The notes beneath the pieces were generated by a model that saw only the letters and a list, made by a program, of their open reading frames with translations, did no database searches and was not told the origin of the DNA. DNA of 64,000 nucleotides, from the NCBI GenBank assembly GCA_964510635.1, contig CAZEBS010000005.1:32016-96015 (forward strand). Direction: 5' to 3'. A program made the translations under genes and the position numbers. Within the stretch, counting starts at the first letter, position 1. Every line of letters begins with the position of its first letter. This document shows, one piece after another, positions 48,487 through 56,455 of this stretch. The DNA is from an uncultured Candidatus Bathyarchaeia archaeon (GTDB taxonomy: Archaea > Thermoproteota > Bathyarchaeia > Bathyarchaeales > Bathyarchaeaceae).

Positions 48487-48724
48487 TACGGGCACCTCGA
48501 CTACCAAAACAAGATTCTAAATAGTAATAAGCTTTTATCAAGTTCTCTTTGTTTTTGGCTGCTACTTGCTTGCTGTTGGCAAGGGGCAGATTTGGACCAA
48601 ACTTGCCTTATCTGACATAGTCTATTCAGGCATTTCTGGGAAATTGGAAAATCAAACAGGTAAATGAATAAATGCTAAGTAGTGTTTCCAGAAATTAAGT
48701 GGTGGTAGAACGAAAAAAGAGACG

Positions 48725-49411
48725 TTATTGTGGATGTGGCTTGCGTAGCGCATGTTTAACAGTATTCGCTGTTTCCACATGTACTAGCCGATGGTTTTTT
48801 CCGCATATTGGACATGACCAAACTTGCCCTGTGTCAACCTCTTTTCTAGGTGGCTTTGGTTTCAGCAGCATCTTTTTTTCTTCCAGTTTCTCTTCTGGCG
48901 TGGACTTTGAAAGCGACCAAGCTCTTTCAAGCACAAAAAGGGTTATGATTTCTTTTTCATTTTCTGGCTTACACAAAGTAACCAAATATTTACCAGGTGC
49001 TTTTTTTCCAGTTGCCTCTTCATATGATTTGATTTCGTAGTTTTCTCTGATTACGGCTGGAACATCTTCGACGGTGGCGACAATCCTTCGATTAACCCTA
49101 TTGTTCTCATCCGCTTCCGTTAAAGAAATCACGTCATAGAGCATGCCCTCAATAGTGCTTTCTTGGAAAACCATGGTTCTTCCTTCCAGCTGCGAGAAAA
49201 GGATACCAGCAGGACATTTCACAGCTTTAACCAAAATCTTTCCCTGCTCCCGGTCTTTACAAAGTTTTAGAAGCCACTTGCCAGTAAGGAAGTCTTTAAC
49301 TGTGTAATAGCTTACTTCGCCGTTCCTTAATTGGCGCAAACTCATGTCGTACCATGCATCGTCTGGTCGTGTTTCAATTCGTCTAACTTTGATATGGTTC
49401 AGAAACTGCAA
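48725..49411 (-). CDS. hypothetical protein (228 aa) with C-terminal CPICG zinc-knuckle-like motif
   Basis: ORF track. It lies 150 nt downstream of the S-layer-like gene on the same strand. Confidence 0.5.
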   Translation of the reverse strand: MQFLNHIKVRRIETRPDDAWYDMSLRQLRNGEVSYYTVKDFLTGKWLLKLCKDREQGKILVKAVKCPAGILFSQLEGRTMVFQESTIEGMLYDVISLTEADENNRVNRRIVATVEDVPAVIRENYEIKSYEEATGKKAPGKYLVTLCKPENEKEIITLFVLERAWSLSKSTPEEKLEEKKMLLKPKPPRKEVDTGQVWSCPICGKNHRLVHVETANTVKHALRKPHPQ

Positions 49412-49562
49412 AAGACTACACTCCTTGATATCTTGTTGTTTTTCATGCTAAAAATGATTGTGATGGAGTGTCGATTCTCGTTGGTGACAGGAAAAATGCT
49501 TTACGCTAAATCATTAAAAAGAAAAAAAGGGAGAGATTTTGCCCCTATTTGAGGGGACTTTT

Positions 49563-52028
49563 TTAGGCTATTTTGCGCTGAATGATGAATACTCCAGCTA
49601 TTGAGCCGATTGCTGCGATCAGTGCAAGGACCACTGCGATCCACACTGGCAGCATGTCGACTGGTAGTGCAGTATCAACATCACTTTGAACTGCTTCGAT
49701 GTCAGTCTTTGCGCCTGCGAGGTCCACTTTGACAGTGCCTAGGTCAGTTTCAACCGTTGCCAAGCTTCCTTCAATCGCGGTTATTTTACCTGAGATTGTT
49801 CCGAGGCTAGTTTGGATTTCGACGACGTCGCCGGCAATTTCACCGACAACAGCATCGATGGAATCTAGGCTGGTTTCAATGCTGCCAAGAGATGTGTCAA
49901 GGGTTGCAATAGTGTCATCTAGAGCAGCGATTACAGCATCCAACTCGTCGAGATCAACAAGGACTTGGCCTATTGCGCTCTCGAGTGTTGCTACACTGCC
50001 AGATATGGATGATACGGTTGCACTCAGGCTTGTGAGACTTGTTTTAACGGTGCCACAGTCAGTCTTGATTGTTGCAACATTGCTATTGATTGTAGTGATT
50101 GTTGCGCCAATGGATGTTAGGTCAGTTTGTATGGTGCCTACAGCAGTTGAGATGGTAGCGACAGTGCCGTCGAGTGCCACGATTGTGGCTTCAAGGTTAG
50201 CGATTGAAACGTTCAGTTCACCCATGGTTGTTAGCAGAGTTGCCATGCCGTCGTTGATTGCAACTACTGTTGCGTTGATGCTGATTAGGTATTCAACGAT
50301 TGGGTCGCCTACGGTTGTGACGACGAAGTTGTCTTTAGCAAAGATAGTCCACATCATACTTCCTTCGTAGTCAGCGATTACGCTTACTACATGCAAGCCT
50401 GGTCTAAAGCCAGCAGCAGCGAACTCGGTTAGGATGTAACCGGTGCCGTTGATTGCCCAGCCCCAGTCTTCGTCATCGCCGAAGTACATCGAGTTGTCGA
50501 TGTAGAAGAAGAAGTCTTCAGGACCTCCTTCATAACCGATGGCGAAGCCTGTTCCTTCGACCTGAACAACTTGGCAGACTGTATTGTTTATTTCGTCAGG
50601 TATTACGTTGATCCTTGCTAGGACAGTGAATGTGGCAGAAGCGATAGTTACTGTACCGTTAGCGGTTCGTGCTGCAACAAGACGAGGACCACCCCATGAT
50701 TGAGGTACAGTCAATGGACCTCTGACCCAACCAGAGCTGGCTATTGTCTCGTTTGACAACAGAACGTAACCGCCACCTTGTGTGTTCTGGAAGTATATTG
50801 TGATGTATTGGCCTACATAGTCAAGGAAGTTGGTTCCAGTTACTGTGAACTGATCACCGACATATCCCATTGTAGGAGTGAGGGTGATGTATGGAACCAT
50901 TTGGACTGAAACGGTAAAGTTGTATTCAACACTGAAGTTGTCTATTACTCTGAAGACGTAGGTGCCTGTTACTAGAGCTGGAATGGTCAAAGTTGTGTAG
51001 CCGTTTCCACCAGTTCCGTTTAGTGCTATTCCGCTTGCCACCAGAGTGGTGTTCAAGTAGACAGATGCGCTACCGGAAGCGGGGAACCAGTTGAGAGTAA
51101 CGTTGTAGAATCCACCAGTGTTCAAGGTCAATGCTGTTTGGTCGGATGCATGTGCCCTGAAGGTACCGGTTGGTAGGTAGACTTCTCTGTAGGTTTGAAC
51201 GAATAGCCATGAAGCGGCCAATAGTGTAGTGTTGTGATTGGTTACAGTGATGTTGACGTTGGCTGTCACTGAGGGGGAAGTGGTACACAGACCCTGCAAG
51301 TCCATGATGTTGAATGGAACGTCGAAGCCAGTCCAAAGCCAGCCAGACACGTTGTGGGTTGTTGAAGATACAAAGTAGTCCACTAGTTGAGCGCCCTGAG
51401 TGATGTTGTACACAATTCCAGTTTGAATAGCGTAGCCGCTAACAGTCACCAGAGTATCTGGAGCGCCTGCAAGCGGAGTTGCACCGAAGCCTGTGGTGAA
51501 CCTGATACGGTTCGTTGAAACACCGACTTCCGATCCAACTATAATATCTCTCGGGGATTGGTCAGCTATCTTAATCCAGTAGTCAACATTGGAACCCTGA
51601 ACAAGCAGAGGAACCGTGCCGTTAATCCAGCCATTACCTACAATATAACTGTAGGCTCTGCCTTCTGCATCGAATGGTGCAGGAACACTTCCGGCTGAGA
51701 CAGGAATTGTCTTTGCTGTCGTATTAGTTACATCGCCCAAGTAGAAGGGACCAGCATACCAGCGGTCACCTGCACTTCGGTCGATCTCGGAGCCTCCGTA
51801 GGTGGAAAGCCAAAGCCACACCTGGGCTCCAGTTATTGTCATGCCTGCTGTAGTGATGTTGACATAAGTACCTGCTTGAACAGACAATGGGTCTGCGGTT
51901 AGGTTGTCAACATAGACGGTAGGTCTGTTGGTTATTGTTGCTGAAGCAAAGGGGATTGCTGAGAGTGTTGAAATGGTAAGTAGTGCGATGATGATTATTC
52001 CTAGTTTTTTTGAAAATCTGTTCTGCAT
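49563..52028 (-). CDS. S-layer-like surface glycoprotein with about 200-aa coiled-coil stalk and C-terminal TM anchor
   Basis: Signal peptide LGIIIIALLTISTLSAIPFASA. There are many N-x-S/T sequons. A Thr/Ser-rich segment has strict 4-3 hydrophobic spacing. The C-terminus is LPVWIAVVLALIAAIGSIAGVFII. Confidence 0.8.
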   Translation of the reverse strand: MQNRFSKKLGIIIIALLTISTLSAIPFASATITNRPTVYVDNLTADPLSVQAGTYVNITTAGMTITGAQVWLWLSTYGGSEIDRSAGDRWYAGPFYLGDVTNTTAKTIPVSAGSVPAPFDAEGRAYSYIVGNGWINGTVPLLVQGSNVDYWIKIADQSPRDIIVGSEVGVSTNRIRFTTGFGATPLAGAPDTLVTVSGYAIQTGIVYNITQGAQLVDYFVSSTTHNVSGWLWTGFDVPFNIMDLQGLCTTSPSVTANVNITVTNHNTTLLAASWLFVQTYREVYLPTGTFRAHASDQTALTLNTGGFYNVTLNWFPASGSASVYLNTTLVASGIALNGTGGNGYTTLTIPALVTGTYVFRVIDNFSVEYNFTVSVQMVPYITLTPTMGYVGDQFTVTGTNFLDYVGQYITIYFQNTQGGGYVLLSNETIASSGWVRGPLTVPQSWGGPRLVAARTANGTVTIASATFTVLARINVIPDEINNTVCQVVQVEGTGFAIGYEGGPEDFFFYIDNSMYFGDDEDWGWAINGTGYILTEFAAAGFRPGLHVVSVIADYEGSMMWTIFAKDNFVVTTVGDPIVEYLISINATVVAINDGMATLLTTMGELNVSIANLEATIVALDGTVATISTAVGTIQTDLTSIGATITTINSNVATIKTDCGTVKTSLTSLSATVSSISGSVATLESAIGQVLVDLDELDAVIAALDDTIATLDTSLGSIETSLDSIDAVVGEIAGDVVEIQTSLGTISGKITAIEGSLATVETDLGTVKVDLAGAKTDIEAVQSDVDTALPVDMLPVWIAVVLALIAAIGSIAGVFIIQRKIA
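49670..50300 (-). repeat. heptad-periodic low-complexity coding region (stalk) of the S-layer-like gene
   Basis: In LDGTVATISTAVGTIQTDLTSIGATITTINSNVATIKTDCGTVKTSLTSLSATVSSISGSVATLESAIGQV, hydrophobic residues fall at spacings 4,3,4,3... for more than 70 aa. The pattern continues to the TM anchor. It produces a long spurious antisense ORF (49699-50370). Confidence 0.7.
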
Positions 52029-52064
52029 TTTTCTTTCCTCATTTTAACGTATCTTCAGTCATAC

Positions 52065-52080
52065 GATATATAATATATAT
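52065..52080 (-). promoter_or_regulatory. strong TATA-like box (GATATATAATATATAT) upstream of the S-layer-like gene
   Basis: It lies 37-52 nt upstream of the ATG at 52028, with a TTGCG-N6-CGCAA inverted repeat just beyond it. Confidence 0.45.
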
Positions 52081-52142
52081 GTTGCGTTCACACGCAAATA
52101 TTCGAAAAATGAAATGTGCACAAAAAATATACAAAATGGTGT

Positions 52143-52730
52143 CTATGTGCACAACACAAATTCTACGAGAACCAAACCCTTCATGAACTCACTTTTGACA
52201 GTTTTGTACTCCATTCCAGCGAGTGCACCTTCAATAAACTTGAGAAGTAGCTCGGTTCCTTCGTTAGTTAGAGCGGTTGAAGTGCATCTGAACTTGATTT
52301 TGCCGTCAATCTTCTTGACATCAACCTCATTCAGGTCCCATCTTGCCGCCTGAAGAAGATCAGCCAAGGATTGAACTGGATTTTCAAATTTTTCTGTAAG
52401 ATATTTGCCGTACCATTTCCCGCTCTCAAACCATACGTTCAGCAGCTTTTCTTTGTCTGTTGTGTAAGCTTTCTTTATTAAGAAATCGAACACAATTAAG
52501 GGCGTGAAGACTGCGCCCGAGGCCTTTTGGGACTGCAGAATTTCAAAATAACGAACCATACCCGTAAGGTCCTGACCCGACTTAAAGACCCTCACCGCTT
52601 GACGTAAAGCATCTTCAACGTATCTGTTGAGGGGCTTCCCCTCTTTGCTTGAGGCTTCCATAAGTCCATCCAGAAGTGCCTCAGGGATGGGAATCAGCCG
52701 TTTACCTTTACCTCGACCCTCAGACATCAA
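52143..52730 (-). CDS. RHH-like N-terminus plus V4R-like C-terminal domain protein (paralogue 2)
   Basis: The N-terminal RLIPIPEALLDGLMEASSKEGKPLNRYVEDALRQAV is RHH-like. The C-terminal half aligns by eye with the neighbouring gene. ATGA overlap at 52727-52730. Confidence 0.55.
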   Translation of the reverse strand: MMSEGRGKGKRLIPIPEALLDGLMEASSKEGKPLNRYVEDALRQAVRVFKSGQDLTGMVRYFEILQSQKASGAVFTPLIVFDFLIKKAYTTDKEKLLNVWFESGKWYGKYLTEKFENPVQSLADLLQAARWDLNEVDVKKIDGKIKFRCTSTALTNEGTELLLKFIEGALAGMEYKTVKSEFMKGLVLVEFVLCT

Positions 52731-53317
52731 CTTTCCCTCCTATGTGCCTTCAATCTAATTGTACCCCTTGAAACGTCTTTATTAAACCGTGTGTAACCGA
52801 AAGTTTTCAAGGCGCTTTCAAGGAATGCCGCAAACAAAAAGGTGTAAGACTCAGAAAACCGTGGACTGATTATTCGAATGGAAACATTACCGTTCTCATC
52901 TCCAATGTCTAATTCAGATGCGTTCCAAGTGAAAGCCGCCAAGTCCCGCTTAAAAACTGAAAAGGGGTCATCAGCCCCACTTGAGATGTAACTTTTAGCA
53001 AGCCAAACACCAGCTTCAACCCAAGAATTCAACGACCTGCGCTTAGCCTTTTCATGGGCAACGTCAGCCATCTCATACCACAAACTTTCCAAACCAAGAA
53101 TAAAACTTGCCTCCTTCGCAGCCTTCAGCAACCCACGCTCATCAAGAAGAACTCGAAAACTGACCCCCATCTCCTCTGCTTCAAAAGTAAGCTGCAACAT
53201 TTCGTTGATGAAAGCGTATAAGCTGTAGCCTTTCTGTTTGGCAAGTTTACTTGCGCGTTCAATGAGGTCTTGACGAGCAGCAAAGGTCTTTCGTCTAACT
53301 TTGCGTTTTTTTTCCAC
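52727..53317 (-). CDS. RHH-like N-terminus plus V4R-like C-terminal domain protein (paralogue 1)
   Basis: TFAARQDLIERASKLAKQKGYSLYAFINEMLQLTF is RHH-like. WVEAGVWLAKSY...ISPRFSESYTFLFAAFLESALKTFGY parallels WFESGKWYGKYL...CTSTALTNEGTELLLKFIEGALAGMEY in the neighbouring gene. Confidence 0.55.
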   Translation of the reverse strand: MEKKRKVRRKTFAARQDLIERASKLAKQKGYSLYAFINEMLQLTFEAEEMGVSFRVLLDERGLLKAAKEASFILGLESLWYEMADVAHEKAKRRSLNSWVEAGVWLAKSYISSGADDPFSVFKRDLAAFTWNASELDIGDENGNVSIRIISPRFSESYTFLFAAFLESALKTFGYTRFNKDVSRGTIRLKAHRRES

Positions 53318-53575
53318 TTTTTCACCATTCTGTGTAATCGGTTAAATCACGCACAAACTGTTCCTGAAATATATACATCTGGTATATTCGGAAAGTTACA
53401 TAATAAAATTGCCCTATTATAACGCCTGTATCATAGAGACAACATAGAAAATGTGGAGTCTAACACAAAAAAGGTGAAAATGCAAGAAAAACGCCGCTAA
53501 CACCCGATGTTCACCATTTTTTGTCAAACACTTCAGGTCTGAGGCTAACAAGTCTGCTTCTATAAAGTTTTGGTG

Positions 53576-55654
53576 TTAGAAAGACTTCTGGTGCTTTTCC
53601 CAGAAAGCCGTTATGTTCTCCCCACACTCCACAGGATTCTTCACTGGTCTCATCTCCTTCTGGTAGTAGCTTGGAAGCAGCTGCCTGATGCTTGGGCGTA
53701 TAACTCTTTCATCCAGCATCACTATACATCCCTTGTCTTCTGCTGACCGATGGACGCGTCCACAGGCTTGAACCAGACGGAATATGGCGGGCGTCAAATA
53801 TGCGTAATCTCGTCCCTTTCCTAGGAACTGAGAGTCAAAGTAGTCTATCAGCGCCTTCTGATACACGCTCCATGTTGCATAAGGCAACCCCACAGTCACT
53901 ACACAAGTTAACAGGTTATTGGGATAATCCATTCCTTCACTGAATTTTCCACCCATAACCCCAAACAGTGCGTTACTGTTTGAGCGGTGTAGTCTCTCCA
54001 TAACGTCTTTTTGTCTGGTTTTGCGTTCCTCCACAATCATTGTTCGGTCAAGGTCTGTATGCGAAAGGATTGTGTTCATCAGGTGATAGCTGGTGAAAAA
54101 GACTGCCATGTTGCCCCTGTTTGCCATTGATATGGCTTTGATGTGTTTTGCCCATTTCTTGAGCATCTGGTCGGTTCTCTGCTCATATCTGGAGGACACA
54201 TCGCTGGCGGCTAGTATCATCCGGTTCTCAGGTGGAAACGGGGAATCGAATTCTCTGAGATGGACGTTTTCTTGGCTACGGAGTATCAGGTCCCGGTAGA
54301 CTTTTGGGGGAGAAAGGAAACCGCTCATGACAATGCTGCCTTTTGCCTGTCTCAGAACAGGATCTGTTATTTCCCTGCCGTCTAGGCTTCTGACTTCCAT
54401 GTATATTCTGTCTCCCCAATCCTTCTGGATCAAGTGAACGTACTTGTCGCCGATTCTCTGGAAGAAGTTCTCCACGAAGTCGCCTACCCTGTGGGTGTAA
54501 CTGAAGATTCTGTCAGACCCAAGTTCCTGCCGCTTCTCTCTCACATGTTCGCCGTATTCGTGGAGGGTTTCGGCGGCTTTTTCGTTGGATGTTCCGCTCC
54601 ACTCAAGGAAGCGGTCGGCGATGTCTTGGGGGTCCAGTATTTGAAGACTTGATTTTCCTAAGCCTTTTTTGACGTAGCGGAAAACGTTGTCGTCTAGCAC
54701 GTTAAGGTAGTCTCGAACTTCGTCCAAGTTTTGGTGGTCAAATTTTTCGGTTTCTTTGAGGGCGTTTTCGATGGTGGTTTGTGTCATCCTGTCTGAAAGG
54801 AGTTCACGGGCAAAGTTGGGGATGTTGTGGGCCTCGTCGACTATGAGGTAAACGTCTGATGGGTCCACTCCCCAGCTCTGGAGTAGGGCTTGCCTTACTG
54901 GCGGATTGAAGGTATAATTGTAGGTTCCTAGGAAAATGTTTACTTTGCTGAGAACCCGCTTCAGTGCCTCGTAGGCGCAGAAGTCGCGTTTAGCCATCCG
55001 GTAGGTTGCTTCTTTTGGGTCAAGGATTTTTTTGGCGCATTCTAGAGCCAGCATTTCTGCTTCCCGTTTCTTTCTGTGAATGTTCCAGTAATATTTACAG
55101 AAGGGTTTGGTGTTGGATTCACAGTTTTTCTTGAGTCTTCTGCATTCTTCAAGAAAGTCATAGTATGAGCCTCCGCTTCTCATCCGCAGCGGGCACATGT
55201 CCTGTTTGCTGAAGAAGGAGACAGTCAAAGGATTCTGTTTTAAGCCCTTCAGTTCTTTTAGGAAGATGTGGAGTTGGCTTCTTGTTCTGAAGCTGATCAG
55301 AAGCTTGCTTTCTCCAAGTCGAGGCAGGACACTGAGTAGTGATGCTAGAGATTTTCCTATGCCGCAGGGGGCGCTGCCCACGAAGACTTGGTTGTTTTCT
55401 AGGGCGTGGGTTGCTTCTTCGATGAACTTTACCTGTCCCTTGCGTACTTCGTAGCCTCTGGGTAGCCATTTGTCGCCTGAGGCGTCGGTTTCGGGTTCTG
55501 GTTTGGGCGTGATTATGGCGCGTCTGGGGTGGCGGCTGCCGTGTACGATTCTGGCGCTTAGGTATGTTCCGCATTCTCGGCAGAAGTGGCTCTGCTTGAA
55601 CTCTGCAAGGGAATACTTTTTTCTGCATTTTCGGCAAACGTAGATTCTGGTCAA
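53576..55654 (-). CDS. XPD/Rad3 (DinG-family) Fe-S DNA helicase with an extra N-terminal zinc ribbon
   Basis: The zinc ribbon is CRKCRKKY...CRECG. Walker A is GSAPCGIGKS, and the DEAH box is VDEAHNI. Four Cys between motifs I and II form the Fe-S domain (CPLRM...C...C...C). C-terminal helicase motifs are present (GKFSEGMDY, QACGRVHR). Confidence 0.9.
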   Translation of the reverse strand: MTRIYVCRKCRKKYSLAEFKQSHFCRECGTYLSARIVHGSRHPRRAIITPKPEPETDASGDKWLPRGYEVRKGQVKFIEEATHALENNQVFVGSAPCGIGKSLASLLSVLPRLGESKLLISFRTRSQLHIFLKELKGLKQNPLTVSFFSKQDMCPLRMRSGGSYYDFLEECRRLKKNCESNTKPFCKYYWNIHRKKREAEMLALECAKKILDPKEATYRMAKRDFCAYEALKRVLSKVNIFLGTYNYTFNPPVRQALLQSWGVDPSDVYLIVDEAHNIPNFARELLSDRMTQTTIENALKETEKFDHQNLDEVRDYLNVLDDNVFRYVKKGLGKSSLQILDPQDIADRFLEWSGTSNEKAAETLHEYGEHVREKRQELGSDRIFSYTHRVGDFVENFFQRIGDKYVHLIQKDWGDRIYMEVRSLDGREITDPVLRQAKGSIVMSGFLSPPKVYRDLILRSQENVHLREFDSPFPPENRMILAASDVSSRYEQRTDQMLKKWAKHIKAISMANRGNMAVFFTSYHLMNTILSHTDLDRTMIVEERKTRQKDVMERLHRSNSNALFGVMGGKFSEGMDYPNNLLTCVVTVGLPYATWSVYQKALIDYFDSQFLGKGRDYAYLTPAIFRLVQACGRVHRSAEDKGCIVMLDERVIRPSIRQLLPSYYQKEMRPVKNPVECGENITAFWEKHQKSF

Positions 55655-55792
55655 CTTTCTCCTCTACCATACAAGGTTGCATAGAGATATTCTTTGTTGA
55701 CATATTCGGTTCATAAGTAGGAAATTGGGTGTGGCACCGTAATCGATAAGAGTGCGGGTTTCATTTGTTGTTGAGTGTTAGGGGAATGAAGA

Positions 55793-56110
55793 ATGGTTTA
55801 TTGTGTAAAGTGTGGCTCAAAGCTGGTTGATGATGCCTTGTTTTGTTCTTCTTGTGGCGCCGCGGTTGGGAAAGTGAAAACTGAGGAATTTTCTGTATTG
55901 GCTGACGACCTTATTGAGCGCGTAAAGGAGCTACTTCATGAAGGCAACGTCACCCGAATAATCGTGAAAGACGAGAAAGGAAAGGTTCTGTTTGAGATAC
56001 CTGCCACAGTCGGAGTTATCGGCGCTGTTCTTGCTCCATGGCTAGCAGCATTAGGCGCAATAGCCGCAATAGCCACAAACTGCAAGATAGTAGTCATAAG
56101 ACGAGAATAA
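55793..56110 (+). CDS. zinc-ribbon plus DUF4342-like protein
   Basis: YCVKCGSKL...CSSCG is followed by GNVTRIIVKDEKGKVLFEIPATVGVIGAVLAPWLAALGAIAAIATNCKIVV. Confidence 0.7.
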   Translation: MVYCVKCGSKLVDDALFCSSCGAAVGKVKTEEFSVLADDLIERVKELLHEGNVTRIIVKDEKGKVLFEIPATVGVIGAVLAPWLAALGAIAAIATNCKIVVIRRE

Positions 56111-56455
56111 AACCAAAACAGCATCTTGCATGGTTTTCCAGAAAAAGCTATTTTTGGAAGTTTAACTACCGCAAAAAATTATTTTGCGTCTTGAACTCTG
56201 GTTTAGCAGGATCTATAATTTTCTCTGAAGATAATCGAAGAAAATACTGTTTTGATAGCTTAACCACCGTGAAAATCCATCTTTGGCTTTAAATTGCGCT
56301 TTTGTAAATAGACGCGCTTTTAGTATATAATTGTTGGAATTTTTTTGGTTTCAAGTAATTATCATGTCATATAGAAGAACAGAATCTAAAGAAAAACTGT
56401 GGATAAATGTTAAATATTCAAAGCTCGAAGAGATAATTTTGGGGGAGTCTCAATT

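Noticed and set aside
48620-48700. Two short TTTC-N-GAAA palindromes upstream of the RHH gene at 48486
   Set aside because: The arms are only 4-5 bp in AT-rich DNA, so chance occurrence is likely. This is noted only as a possible RHH operator.
49699-50370. 223-aa plus-strand ORF
   Set aside because: It is antisense to the heptad-repeat stalk of the S-layer-like gene. Its Ser/Val/Ala/Thr-rich low-complexity translation is a shadow of the biased codon periodicity.
55158-55703. 181-aa minus-strand alternate-frame ORF rich in Arg/Gln/Pro
   Set aside because: It is an alternate frame of the XPD helicase 5' region. Its composition is an artefact.
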